A stretch of 64,000 bases of DNA from an uncultured Ignavibacteriales bacterium (GTDB lineage Bacteria > Zixibacteria > MSB-5A5 > GN15 > FEB-12). The notes beneath the pieces were generated by a model. The model was not told where the DNA came from and made no database searches. It saw only the letters and a list, made by a program, of their open reading frames with translations. Shown piece after piece: positions 16,963 to 26,822 of the stretch (positions are counted from its first letter, which is position 1; the number at the start of each line of letters is the position of its first letter). The DNA is taken from the NCBI GenBank assembly GCA_964489705.1, contig CAZAZQ010000001.1, forward strand, positions 52,503 through 116,502. The letters run 5' to 3'. The translations under genes and the position numbers were made by a program.

Positions 16963-18675
16963 TCACCCGTCGAACAAAGCGACCGTCACCGGACCTCGGG
17001 ATTTATAGTAATTATAGCTGTATCCGGTCGTTACCGCAAAGCGCTGATTGGGCGTAACCGTAAGATTAACATTCGGTTGAAGCGAGAAGTGGTTCACGTC
17101 AAGAGAGTCGAGATCGCCGTTTTTGTCGTAGGTGGTACGAAGACCGAAATTAAAGGAATATTTCATGTCCGGTTTATACATCGCTTTGATTTCAAACCGG
17201 TGCAAATCTGTGGGGAAAGTCGTTATGTCCTGATACCGGAGGTCTTCCCGCTGATAGTAGAAAGAATAACCGTTCCATTTCGGCTCGAGAACATACCGTC
17301 CCATCGCTTCAAACAAGCCTTTCCCGCTGGTGAACGGGTCTTTTGTTTTCTCAAAGCGGTATTTGAACATGCCGGAGAATTTCATCCCCTTGCGATACCG
17401 AGCCTTCAGTTGGCCGATGAGCGTGGAAGAGGTCTTGTTGGCTCCCTGTTCGGGGTAATCGTAGCGTTTGATACTGTGGAAACCGCCCAAAAGCGAAAGA
17501 GAGAACCGCGGGTTCAACCGCATGTTCACTTCCACCGAGGCTTTGTTGTCCATTCTATCTAACGACGAGTAGCGGGTATAATCGAAATCGACCGAGTCTC
17601 CTTGCGGACGCCAGACCGGCAGGTCAATCAAGGTATCGTCGGCATTTCTTTTTACCACTGCCACCTTCGCATACAAGCGCGTCTTCGGGGAAAGCGGAAC
17701 GGTATAATTCACCGCCCCCGAAACGGCGTTGGTTGACAGCGAGGTCTTCTTGTTTTCCGCCTTGCTGTAACCGAAAGAACCGGCAAAACGCCCCTTACCG
17801 ACGTTGCCGTTTACTTTCACTTTGTGCGACATCTTCTCCGTTTCGGGATAGATGGAATAATTCACCGTGGTATCTTCGAAAATCATCCGAGAGCTGAATT
17901 CAGGACCGGCGCCGCCATGACCGGGGTGAGCGGCAGAGTCGTAGTAAATCATCAGATCATCGGCACTAGAGGCAAACTTGTGGTAGCCGAACATATACCC
18001 AAAATCGAAATTCCCAGCCTCAGCCTCTATCCCAGCATCAACCTGATGAGTCGCCTTGTCGATGCCAGTCGTTTGGGAGGCCAGGTGACAACTAAAGCAG
18101 TGATCGGAGGCGATTTTCTGCTCTTTCCCTTTTTCGAGAATAGAACGATGCGCCGCAATAAAGCGGACTCGGTTTTTTTCGGACAGAAGCAAACTTACTT
18201 TGGTGAGAATCTCTTTTCTGTCTTCGTAGTAATCGGCATTCGGGTCGGTTATCTCATGAGTGAGAATCTTTCCCCCCGGTGCGGAGGTCTTCCATTCCCG
18301 GGTTTCCATATTCTCCAAGAGGTCCTGCCCCTGCTTATGAATCAGGGAACGAAGCTGCAGAGAGACATTCAACCGGTCACCCTTGGTGGCGGTAAACTTT
18401 CCATCGATGTTGTACTCGTCGTAATAATGCCCGCTGAACGTATAGTAACCGTCACCTTTCAGGGCGTTGAAATCAAACATAAATTCCGGGAGAAACTCAC
18501 TGTTGCCGATGTTGTACTCCCCGACTTTACGGGTGTAGTCTTGAAAATCGGTATAATGTGAGCCGACCCAGAACCAGTAATTATAGACAGCTTCCTCATT
18601 CTCTTCCGCAGAAAGAGCCAGGGCAACAGAGAGGATGAGCAAGCCGGCAATGAGCAACATTTTCATCATCTTCAT
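16963..18675 (-). CDS. N-terminal part of an MtrB/PioB-like outer-membrane beta-barrel porin
   Basis: Signal peptide MKMMKMLLIAGLLILSVALALSA. 570 aa rich in Y/G/N/T amphipathic strands, with no OMP C-terminal signature of its own. It sits directly downstream of the decahaem gene, as in mtrAB/pioAB. It contains HCFSCH. Confidence 0.7.
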   Translation of the reverse strand: MKMMKMLLIAGLLILSVALALSAEENEEAVYNYWFWVGSHYTDFQDYTRKVGEYNIGNSEFLPEFMFDFNALKGDGYYTFSGHYYDEYNIDGKFTATKGDRLNVSLQLRSLIHKQGQDLLENMETREWKTSAPGGKILTHEITDPNADYYEDRKEILTKVSLLLSEKNRVRFIAAHRSILEKGKEQKIASDHCFSCHLASQTTGIDKATHQVDAGIEAEAGNFDFGYMFGYHKFASSADDLMIYYDSAAHPGHGGAGPEFSSRMIFEDTTVNYSIYPETEKMSHKVKVNGNVGKGRFAGSFGYSKAENKKTSLSTNAVSGAVNYTVPLSPKTRLYAKVAVVKRNADDTLIDLPVWRPQGDSVDFDYTRYSSLDRMDNKASVEVNMRLNPRFSLSLLGGFHSIKRYDYPEQGANKTSSTLIGQLKARYRKGMKFSGMFKYRFEKTKDPFTSGKGLFEAMGRYVLEPKWNGYSFYYQREDLRYQDITTFPTDLHRFEIKAMYKPDMKYSFNFGLRTTYDKNGDLDSLDVNHFSLQPNVNLTVTPNQRFAVTTGYSYNYYKSRGPVTVALFDG

Positions 18676-18684
18676 TGGCGCCTC

Positions 18685-19638
18685 CTATCGTGTTAATGCT
18701 GATCCCTGGCCTGATATGGTCTGCGAAGGCAGATCAGAGCCGTGGACTTCGGTGTGACATTGAGTGCACTTAGTCAAAAAGCCCTTCTTCCAGCCATCCG
18801 GCGTAGACGTGCCGTTTCGGCTCGGATCGAGGGGAACCGTAAAGTCACCGTCCACTCCTTCCACGGTAGCGTGGAAGTGCATCGGGTGGCAGTTCAAACA
18901 CAATGCCGGTTCGCTCTCTTTGAGCAGATTATCGGCGATCGAACCGTGCGGCGTATGACACACCATACAGTTCTCGTTAACCGGGGCGTGTTCGAACACA
19001 AACGGACCTTCCTTCTCGGCATGGCACGTAAAGCACAACTCCCGTTCCGGGTCGTCCAGAGCCGCAGTCCCTTGGGAACCGTGCAGGGCATGGCAATCCT
19101 CACAGCTTACCTTCCCTTCCGCTATCGGGTGGTGGGAAGGCATATAACTTGCTGACCGGACGTCACTATGGCAGTCGTAGCACAGCTCCGGCGTCTTCTT
19201 TTTGATGGATTGCGCAAACGTCCCGTGAATGGTATGACAGTCGGCGCATGTCACTCCCGCCGCACTATGGGCGGTAAATGACCATTCACCGAACTGGTGC
19301 CCGGTATGGCAGGTGAGGCACAGCTCTTTCCCGCCGCTTTGGTCATGATTCGCCGGGTTGATGATTAATGCCGGGTCGCCGTCTTCAACATGGGCGGCGG
19401 CGGAACCGTGGCATGACTCGCAGCTATTGTCCGCCAAACGCGAATTTTTGCTGAAATACACGCCATGAGGAGCCTGAGAAAAGGCTTCCACAATTTCATC
19501 GTGGCACCCCGCACAGACGTCATTCGGCACTCCAGCCGCAACCGCCGCCGAGGAGACAAACAGGCATCCCGCCAGCATCATCAGCCAGACCGTCAGGTTT
19601 GTTTTTTTGTTCGGACCGTCTCGATTCAATCGATACAT
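18685..19638 (-). CDS. Periplasmic decahaem c-type cytochrome, MtrA/DmsE/PioA-like
   Basis: 10 CxxCH in about 317 aa, with a signal/TM LTVWLMMLAGCLFVSSAAVAA. The start is probably the ATG at 19638 (GGAGGA 5 nt upstream); the tracked start is 19650. Confidence 0.8.
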   Translation of the reverse strand: MYRLNRDGPNKKTNLTVWLMMLAGCLFVSSAAVAAGVPNDVCAGCHDEIVEAFSQAPHGVYFSKNSRLADNSCESCHGSAAAHVEDGDPALIINPANHDQSGGKELCLTCHTGHQFGEWSFTAHSAAGVTCADCHTIHGTFAQSIKKKTPELCYDCHSDVRSASYMPSHHPIAEGKVSCEDCHALHGSQGTAALDDPERELCFTCHAEKEGPFVFEHAPVNENCMVCHTPHGSIADNLLKESEPALCLNCHPMHFHATVEGVDGDFTVPLDPSRNGTSTPDGWKKGFLTKCTQCHTEVHGSDLPSQTISGQGSALTR

Positions 19639-19656
19639 GTTTCCTCCCATAGTTAA

Positions 19657-19674
19657 TTAGTTAACGTTCACTAA
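19657..19674. promoter_or_regulatory. Near-palindromic operator-like site upstream of the decahaem gene
   Basis: TTAGTTAACGTTCACTAA (half-sites TTAGTTAAC / GTTCACTAA, 8 of 9 complementary). 15 of 18 nt identical to the site at 20365..20382. Confidence 0.5.
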
Positions 19675-19757
19675 CTTCCTTCCTTCAAACTCAATCTTCT
19701 TCTCATTTTCTTTGTAATCACAGAACTTTGCGATCAACCCCTTCCGACACACTCTCC

Positions 19758-20354
19758 TTATGCTTTCAACCCTCGCACGTAAATGGGAACGTTGTTCGCC
19801 ACTACTTCGGAGGGCTTATACTCTTTTCCTTGGAATCCCTTCCACAAAGTCTTCCCCAACGAGCAGTCGAAGACCATCCCGATAAAACAGCGGGCGGTAA
19901 TATCGTTGCGCTTTTTTATAATTTTTTTCTGTTTGTATAATTTGTTCAATTGCTTGACAAGGAACCGGACGTAGGCACCACGGATAATGTCATACACCGC
20001 TTTGGCTTTTTCGTGGCCTCCCAATGCCGAAAAAAGCAAATGGCGGTAGAGATCCGCATGGGCGGTGAAAAAGTCGATAATATGATGAGCCAAGCTAAAC
20101 AGCAGGGTTTCGAGGTCATCTTCCTTTTCCAACCTTTTGAACAACCCTTCATAATCCAGGCGCGTTCCTATGGAGTCAAGCACCGCATCGTAAATGGCTT
20201 CCTTTGAGGGATAATGCCGGTACAACGCCGGCTCGGTAATCCCGCACGCCGCAGCCAGTTGTTTGATAGTTACTTTATCGTACCCTTGGAGGCTGAACAA
20301 GCGGGATGCTTCTTCAAGAATCTGCCTTTTTCTGTCCGTGACGGCTACTCTCAT
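19758..20354 (-). CDS. TetR/AcrR family transcriptional regulator
   Basis: N-terminal HTH: RKRQILEEASRLFSLQGYDKVTIKQLAAACGITEPALYRHYPSKEAIY. Confidence 0.9.
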   Translation of the reverse strand: MRVAVTDRKRQILEEASRLFSLQGYDKVTIKQLAAACGITEPALYRHYPSKEAIYDAVLDSIGTRLDYEGLFKRLEKEDDLETLLFSLAHHIIDFFTAHADLYRHLLFSALGGHEKAKAVYDIIRGAYVRFLVKQLNKLYKQKKIIKKRNDITARCFIGMVFDCSLGKTLWKGFQGKEYKPSEVVANNVPIYVRGLKA

Positions 20355-20364
20355 AGTTTTCCCT

Positions 20365-20382
20365 ATAGTTATTGTTCACTAA
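20365..20382. promoter_or_regulatory. Second copy of the operator-like site, upstream of the tetR start
   Basis: ATAGTTATTGTTCACTAA, 11 nt upstream of the ATG at 20354. It shares GTTCACTAAC with the site at 19657..19674. Confidence 0.45.
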
Positions 20383-20596
20383 CATATAAAGCCGGCTGTT
20401 ATTGTCAAGAATTAATTGCCGGCTCGGGGTACAATTTTGTGAATTTTCTCACATTTTTCCCTCAAAATAAGGGTAGATGAAATTCACTTTCATATAATTT
20501 AACCCATAGCACTCGAGGGCGAACTTTATTATACTACCGCCCGAAGGAAAGTTCATAATCGTGAAGATGAAACACTACTGATAGGACGAGGATAAC

Positions 20597-21133
20597 ATGA
20601 AAGATGTAATCGTACGCCTCTTGCCGGAAGTAAACGAAATACAAGACGCTTCCCTCCGAGACAAAGTTATCGCTTGTTGGGAAGAAGCCATCAACTTCCG
20701 CGGCTGGACGGAAGAACTCTTGCGCGCCATCCCGTTCACCCTTTTGGCGGAGAATGTCACTATTCCCTTTATCGACCACGTCCGCGCCGTGTGTCGGATG
20801 TGCATAGCGGTCAACGAGGTCCTTTCGGATATTCATCAGGAACGGAAAACCCCGGTTAAGCGGGATTACCTGATTGCCGGAGCGCTCCTTGCCGATGTCG
20901 GCAAGCTGTTGGAATTTGAAATTGTCGATGAGAAACCGGTGAAGTCAAATTACGGCAAACACATCCGTCACCCCTTCAGTGGGGTGGGGCTGGCGTTCAA
21001 ACATGGTGTGCCGTCGGAAGTAATGCACATCATCGCCACGCACTCGAAAGAAGGCGCCGGAGAAAAGCGCCTCCCGGAGAGCATTATTTTTCACCATTGC
21101 GATTTCATCGATTTCGAGTTGGTGAAGGGATAA
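20597..21133 (+). CDS. HD-superfamily phosphohydrolase-like protein (HD dyad apparently degenerate)
   Basis: [11 protein letters not shown]..., GALLADVGK (normally LLHDIGK), IIATHSKEG. Confidence 0.5.
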   Translation: MKDVIVRLLPEVNEIQDASLRDKVIACWEEAINFRGWTEELLRAIPFTLLAENVTIPFIDHVRAVCRMCIAVNEVLSDIHQERKTPVKRDYLIAGALLADVGKLLEFEIVDEKPVKSNYGKHIRHPFSGVGLAFKHGVPSEVMHIIATHSKEGAGEKRLPESIIFHHCDFIDFELVKG

Positions 21134-21219
21134 CAAGAAAAATCCCTCGACACAGAGGAAAAAAGTGTAAGGATAAACAGAAAAAGCAGTCGGCAAACAG
21201 TAGGAAGGAATCACAGCTC

Positions 21220-23190
21220 GTGGGACAGAATTTAGTAGAGAAAATCGCTCAGCGCTATGCTATCGGCTTGGCGAAAGACCATATTGTACACAGCGGGGAT
21301 TACCTGTCTATCGCCCCCGCTCATGTCATGACGCACGACAATACCGGTGCCGTCATTCCCAAGTTCCGGAGTATCGGGGCAACCAAAGTCGCCAATCCCC
21401 GCCAACCGGTCTTTGCCCTCGACCACAACGTGCAGGATACCAGTGAAGCTAACCTCGCCAAGTATGCCAAGATTGAATCTTTTGCCAAAGAAATGGGGGT
21501 GGACTTTTACCCAGCCGGGCGCGGTATCGGCCATCAGATTATGTGTGAGGAAGGCTACGCCTGGCCCGGGACGATGGTAGTCGCTTCCGACAGCCATTCC
21601 AATATCTACGGCGGTTTGGGTTGTCTTGGCACCCCTATCGTTCGAACCGATGCGGCAGCTATTTGGGCAACGGGACAAACCTGGTGGCAAGTCCCGCCGG
21701 TGGCAAAAGTCGAATTAACCGGGAAACTCAGACCGGGCGTGACCGGGAAGGATGTTATCATCACTCTCTGCGGGTATTTCAACAATGATGAAGTGCTCAA
21801 TCATGCCATAGAATTTACCGGCGAAGGCGTTAGCTCACTCTCGGTTGACGAACGGCTCACCATTGCCAATATGACCACCGAATGGGGCGCTCTGGTAGGT
21901 TTGTTCCCTATTGACGAAGTGACGTTGGCATGGTTGGAAGAGAGAATCGCTTTCGTCGAAAAACGAGGCTTGCCGGGTGTTCCTTCCGATGCGGACGGCA
22001 AAGGGAAACATCCCCGGCTGAATCGGGAACGCTTGGAAGAATTGCGCGCCCATATCCCCGCTGCCGACCCCGACGCTTTCTACGCCAAAGAACTGACACT
22101 CGATCTCTCGACCGTCAGTCCCCATGTCTCAGGACCCAACCACGTCAAAGTTATGACCTCGGTTGCGGAGATGGCGAAGAAAAAAGTTCGAATCCACAAG
22201 GCATACCTCGTTTCATGCGTGAACAGTCGGGTTTCCGATCTTGCCCAAGCCGCGGCGGTGATGAAAGGAAAAAAAGTTGCCGAAGGCGTAGAATTCTACC
22301 TTGCCGCCGCTTCCAGCGAAGTGCAGGCGGAAAGCGAGCGGCGCGGCGATTGGCAGACACTTTTGGAAGCCGGAGCTATCCCTCTTCCCCCCGGCTGCGG
22401 TCCCTGCATCGGCTTGGGTAAAGGGCTTCTGGAGGATGGTGAGGTCGGCATTTCCGCCACTAACCGCAACTTCAAAGGTCGTATGGGCTCCCGCAATGCG
22501 GAGGTATACCTTGCTTCTCCCGCTGTTGTAGCGGCTTCGGCTCTTGCGGGCTACATCACCGCACCTGACGAGCTTTCCCCCACGGAAATAAGCGGCACGG
22601 TTCACAGCAACCCGAAAGTCGACCAAACGGTAACCGCCGCTCCTATTCTGGAAGGCTTTCCGAAAGTAATTGAGGGAGACATCATCTTCTGCCATCAGGA
22701 CAACCTCAACACCGACGGCATCTACCCCGGCAAATACACGTACATTGACGATTTCACCCCCACGCAGCAAGCTGAAGTCGTGATGGAAAACTATGACCCC
22801 GAATTTACGTCCCTCGTCAAGGAAGGCGACATTCTCGTCGGCGGCTTCAACTTCGGTACCGGCAGTTCCCGCGAACAAGCGGCGACGGCACTGAAATACC
22901 GCGGACTCCGCTTAGTGCTGGCGGGCTCCTTCAGTGAGACATACAAACGAAATGCTCTGAACAACGGCTTTCTGGCAATCGAAGTGCCTGCCTTGGTCAA
23001 TGACTTGAAAGAAAAGTTCGGAACGGAAAAATTGACCGTCGCCACTAATCTGAAAGCACGGATTGACTTTTCCCAAGCGAAAATCACCGTCGACGGAAAA
23101 GAATATCGCATTAGTCCCATCGGCATACCGGCTCAAGAACTCATTATCGCCGGAGGACTGGAAAACTGGGTGAAGCAAAAAATCACCTAA
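21220..23190 (+). CDS. Aconitase-family hydro-lyase with fused large and small (LeuC/LeuD-like) domains, homoaconitase/isopropylmalate isomerase-like
   Basis: ASDSHS, CVNSR, GCGPCIG cluster-ligand motifs. C-terminal swivel domain [15 protein letters not shown]. The likely start is GTG at 21220, after AGGAAGG; the tracked ORF begins at 21097 inside the previous gene. Confidence 0.8.
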   Translation: MGQNLVEKIAQRYAIGLAKDHIVHSGDYLSIAPAHVMTHDNTGAVIPKFRSIGATKVANPRQPVFALDHNVQDTSEANLAKYAKIESFAKEMGVDFYPAGRGIGHQIMCEEGYAWPGTMVVASDSHSNIYGGLGCLGTPIVRTDAAAIWATGQTWWQVPPVAKVELTGKLRPGVTGKDVIITLCGYFNNDEVLNHAIEFTGEGVSSLSVDERLTIANMTTEWGALVGLFPIDEVTLAWLEERIAFVEKRGLPGVPSDADGKGKHPRLNRERLEELRAHIPAADPDAFYAKELTLDLSTVSPHVSGPNHVKVMTSVAEMAKKKVRIHKAYLVSCVNSRVSDLAQAAAVMKGKKVAEGVEFYLAAASSEVQAESERRGDWQTLLEAGAIPLPPGCGPCIGLGKGLLEDGEVGISATNRNFKGRMGSRNAEVYLASPAVVAASALAGYITAPDELSPTEISGTVHSNPKVDQTVTAAPILEGFPKVIEGDIIFCHQDNLNTDGIYPGKYTYIDDFTPTQQAEVVMENYDPEFTSLVKEGDILVGGFNFGTGSSREQAATALKYRGLRLVLAGSFSETYKRNALNNGFLAIEVPALVNDLKEKFGTEKLTVATNLKARIDFSQAKITVDGKEYRISPIGIPAQELIIAGGLENWVKQKIT

Positions 23191-23238
23191 TCGTGACGCC
23201 GAGCCGGAAAGCAATCGGGTCGGGCAGGACAGGAAACG

Positions 23239-24222
23239 TCAGCGCTTTTTGACAACCTGGAGGGCGTCGACTAACAGACGGTACGGCGTTTTCTCCGAGT
23301 TGGCACGGATAGCGGTGTAACATTGGGAGCAGGTGTTGTGTGCCGTAAATTTCTTTTTCATTTCCTCCTGGGAATCATACTGTTCCCGAAACATGCCGCA
23401 GGGGGTTAACTTCCCCCACGGACCCACAATCAAAAAGCGCCGTCCCGCCTGACAGTTCGGTTGGCCGCCGCGTTCGAAGAAAGAAATCATCTGGTGAAGC
23501 GTCCACTCGGAAGTCAAAATAGGGTAGCCGTCGTTTTTCATCTCCACCAGGGTGCCGACAATTTTTTTCAGTTCGTTGAGTAACTCCGGAGTACGAAACA
23601 AGTAGTGCTCTTTGCCGGTACGCAAGGAGTTATACGCGCTGAAATTGACCGCTACCCCCCACTCTTTCGCCAGTTCGGCGATTTGCGGCAGATCACGAAA
23701 ATTATCGCTCTGGACGACGCACGCCAAAATTATATCCTCATTCCCCTGCTTTGACAACGTTTGACACAGGCTGGCGATATGCTCGAAATTCTTTTTCAGA
23801 TGGCGAAATTCGTTATGTCTGCCGTCGGGATAATCAAGGGAAAAAGAAAACTGGTCAATCCCGGCTTTTCTCAGTTGACGGTACTTCTCTTCGGTCATCA
23901 GGGAGACATTGGTAGTCAGAACAAACACCGGCACCTCGTCCCGCTCTCGCATGGCGGTAATAATTTCTACTATGTCCTTGCGCAGCAAGGGCTCTCCCCC
24001 CGAAATCTGAGCCACGGCGGGACGCAATTTCGTCAACCAGTCGGCAAACACCTCCGGTGCCAGACGTGGTTCTTTGACGTAATCTCCCAAATCGCAGTGC
24101 TCACACCGAGCGTTGCAATTGTATGTCACTTCAAAAGATACCGTCACCGGTTGACCGACGAGAATATTGCGGGCAGTCCGTGCGGCGATTTTGATCTTTC
24201 TTGCAGTAGTGAGTCCGGACAT
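23239..24222 (-). CDS. Radical SAM protein, unknown substrate
   Basis: CNARCEHCD (CxxxCxxC) near the N-terminus, GGEPLL, and C-terminal Cys pairs (CQAG...C, CSQC) suggestive of an auxiliary cluster. Confidence 0.8.
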   Translation of the reverse strand: MSGLTTARKIKIAARTARNILVGQPVTVSFEVTYNCNARCEHCDLGDYVKEPRLAPEVFADWLTKLRPAVAQISGGEPLLRKDIVEIITAMRERDEVPVFVLTTNVSLMTEEKYRQLRKAGIDQFSFSLDYPDGRHNEFRHLKKNFEHIASLCQTLSKQGNEDIILACVVQSDNFRDLPQIAELAKEWGVAVNFSAYNSLRTGKEHYLFRTPELLNELKKIVGTLVEMKNDGYPILTSEWTLHQMISFFERGGQPNCQAGRRFLIVGPWGKLTPCGMFREQYDSQEEMKKKFTAHNTCSQCYTAIRANSEKTPYRLLVDALQVVKKR

Positions 24223-24561
24223 CCTTGTTTCCCTGAAATACGACGCTGTCTTCTATGGACAACCGCCTTCCTTTTTTGCTTCACTCTTTCCCGAAAGTGA
24301 ATACCGCTATCTCTTCACCGGAAAACATACTACATTTTCAAAAAGAAGAGAATTCAAAAACAATTCTTGCATATTTTTTTCTATTCCTTTTAATAGGTCT
24401 GGGAGAACAGAGGAGCAAGGAAATACTCTCCCCCAGCCGGTCCGATGCTGTTTTGGTAACCTCAATAATAGTTATTGGTCTGGTGGATACATAAAGGAAA
24501 TAAGACGGGTGACGTATGTCCCCCTGAAGAATAACAATAACTATCTCACGAGGTGACCATT

Positions 24562-24993
24562 ATGGCACAGGCAAAAAGCGGCGACACGGTAAAAGTCCAT
24601 TATACCGGCAGGTTTGAAGACGGAACTGTTTTCGACAGTTCCCGAGAGCGGGAGCCGTTCGAATTGACGCTCGGTACCGGCGATGTCATCCCCGGTTTTG
24701 AAAACGGCATTATCGGGATGTCCACCGGCGAGACAAAAACCATCTCCATCCCGCCGGAAGAAGCGTACGGACCGGTACGGGATGATTTGATTATCTCCGT
24801 CCACAAGGAGAATTTCCCGGAAAACATTACTCCCACGGTGGGGCAACAGTTACAGCTCAGACAACCCGAAGGGAACCTGATTAACGTCGTCATCACCGAG
24901 ATCGACGGCGACAATGTGACATTGGATGCCAATCATCCTCTGGCGGGAAAAACCTTGGAGTTCGAAATAGAACTGCTTGAAATTGCCGAGTAA
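24562..24993 (+). CDS. FKBP-type peptidyl-prolyl cis-trans isomerase (SlyD/SlpA-like)
   Basis: GDTVKVHYTGRFEDGTVFDSS...PFELTLGTGDVIPGFENGIIGMSTGE...NHPLAGKTLEFEIELLEI. GAGGTG precedes the ATG at 24562. Confidence 0.9.
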   Translation: MAQAKSGDTVKVHYTGRFEDGTVFDSSREREPFELTLGTGDVIPGFENGIIGMSTGETKTISIPPEEAYGPVRDDLIISVHKENFPENITPTVGQQLQLRQPEGNLINVVITEIDGDNVTLDANHPLAGKTLEFEIELLEIAE

Positions 24994-25045
24994 CGACAAG
25001 CCGCTCTTGGGGGAGCAGTGGAAGGGTACACGTTGAGGGGAAATC

Positions 25046-25079
25046 AGGAGAAAAAGGAAAAGTTTTTTCCTTTTTTTCT
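25046..25079 (+). terminator. A/U-rich hairpin plus T-tract after the FKBP gene
   Basis: AAAAAGGAAAA-GTT-TTTTCCTTTTT followed by TTCTG. The stem is weak, so confidence is low. Confidence 0.35.
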
Positions 25080-25163
25080 GCATTTTTTTGAGCGCAAAAT
25101 GCTTGATGACCTCAACTCCTTTCAAATAAACAAGATATCGCTTCAACTATTTCGGAAAACCGT

Positions 25164-25192
25164 TTGACATGACTGGAGAGCCGATATATATT
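25164..25192 (+). promoter_or_regulatory. Sigma70-type promoter for the OMP gene
   Basis: TTGACA (25164-25169), exact 17-nt spacer, TATATT (25187-25192), 75 nt upstream of the ATG at 25267. Confidence 0.45.
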
Positions 25193-25266
25193 CGTTAATT
25201 ATTTTTGGCGTGGAATACGTCTATAAAAAAACGAACGTGAGGTTTATTACATAAGGAGTTGTGAGA

Positions 25267-26670
25267 ATGAAATGGTCTTTGCCATTAAGTGTTGTTGTGT
25301 TGCTCCTGTTTGCCATGAGCGGAGTGGCACAAGATCAAACCACCCAAGACATTGCCAAACCCTATATTGAAAGATATAAATTCGATTTCTCCGGCGGTGG
25401 GGCGCGCGCCGAAGGAATGGGAAAAGCCTTCATCGCCATTTCAGATGATATTACCGCCGGGAGCTGGAACCCCTCCGGGCTTTATATCCTGGAAAAACCG
25501 ATTGCCTCCATCAGCTACGGCTCTTTCATTCCACGCGGTTCTTCCAGCTCGACGCTCTATGGAAACCTCTTTGAGCTCGACCACGACGGTTCCTATAAGG
25601 AAATCACGGCTTTGAACTTTATCGCCCCCGTTCGCATTAAAGGGCATCACTTTGTCGGCTCGTTCAATTATACGCGGAATTTCGACGACTACAGCAGTTT
25701 CGGCTATACCGCCACCAATGCCGGCGACATCATCATCAACAACATCACCACCTATCATTTCACCTCGGATGGAACATACACGACAACCTTCCACAGCGGC
25801 TTGAATTCCATCAACTTCGGCTTCGGTACCCGGGTGTACAAAAACCTGGCATTCGGTGCCAGCGTGAATATTTATACCGGGCTTTCTACTCGGGAGCAGA
25901 ATAACCTTGTTATGACCGACTATATTCCGGTACGGGCAGACCTTGTCCAGGGGCTACGGACAATGACGACCACCACAGTCATCGACACGAACAAATTCTC
26001 AGGCTACAACGTGACACTCGGCTTCAAACTCAACGGCGATCAGTTGGACGCTGGTTTGGTCATTCGCACTCCCTTCTCTTTGAACGTGAAAACGGGGCGA
26101 TCAATATATGTGATAAGTAAGAGCGCCGGTCTGGAAACGGGAGATTTCCTCACTACCGAGACCGACACGACTTACTACGATAATCTTCTGGTCAAGTACT
26201 ACATGCCCCTCATGATCGGCGGCGGTGTTTCGTATCAAGCGTCGGAAAACCTGTTGGTAGCAACAGAAATGGAATATCGTCCTTTCGCTTCCAAACAGGT
26301 TGACGTTCGTGACTCCTTAAAAATCGATCCGGGCGGAAACAACATCGAATTCTTCACGCGGGTAGACCCGGAATGGAACAACGTGCTCATCGTGCGTGCC
26401 GGTGGGGAATTTCTGAAAGAAACCGAGTATGGTATCGTTCCTCTTCGCGCCGGTTTCGGTATCGCTCCGATTCCCGCACCCAATATCGATTTAACCGGAG
26501 CGAAGACTTCATCGAGCGGTTTCTACTTCTCGTTCGGCTCCGGTATTCATTGGGAACAAATTCATCTTGACTGGGCGTACACCTATTCTTCGTACAAAAC
26601 GACGGTGGGCAACATAGAAGATAACAGCAACAATCACCACTTCAACTTTACCTTTACGGGGTACTTCTAA
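25267..26670 (+). CDS. Outer-membrane beta-barrel protein, FadL/PorV-like
   Basis: Signal peptide MKWSLPLSVVVLLLFAMSGVAQD. N-terminal GGARAEGMGKAFIAISDDITAGSWNPSGL motif. C-terminal FNFTFTGYF with a terminal Phe. Confidence 0.6.
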   Translation: MKWSLPLSVVVLLLFAMSGVAQDQTTQDIAKPYIERYKFDFSGGGARAEGMGKAFIAISDDITAGSWNPSGLYILEKPIASISYGSFIPRGSSSSTLYGNLFELDHDGSYKEITALNFIAPVRIKGHHFVGSFNYTRNFDDYSSFGYTATNAGDIIINNITTYHFTSDGTYTTTFHSGLNSINFGFGTRVYKNLAFGASVNIYTGLSTREQNNLVMTDYIPVRADLVQGLRTMTTTTVIDTNKFSGYNVTLGFKLNGDQLDAGLVIRTPFSLNVKTGRSIYVISKSAGLETGDFLTTETDTTYYDNLLVKYYMPLMIGGGVSYQASENLLVATEMEYRPFASKQVDVRDSLKIDPGGNNIEFFTRVDPEWNNVLIVRAGGEFLKETEYGIVPLRAGFGIAPIPAPNIDLTGAKTSSSGFYFSFGSGIHWEQIHLDWAYTYSSYKTTVGNIEDNSNNHHFNFTFTGYF

Positions 26671-26822
26671 ACGAAACACAAAGGCAATGACCGAAAAGGA
26701 AACACGCCTCGGGTAAAGGAAAAGAAAAGCAGTGTGAAAGGTTCGCAACGGTCTGTTAATAAAATGAGTGTGAGCGCCGATAACGACGCAGACGGAACAA
26801 GTTTCTTTTTCAGGAGCGCTTG

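Noticed and set aside
16963-16965. In-frame TGA in the porin as selenocysteine or as a Gly-recoded UGA (alternative genetic code).
   Set aside because: TGA clearly terminates other genes here, such as the thiolase and the ClpV N-half. I see no convincing SECIS-like hairpin just downstream, and Sec in an outer-membrane barrel is implausible. It is reported as an unexplained interruption instead.
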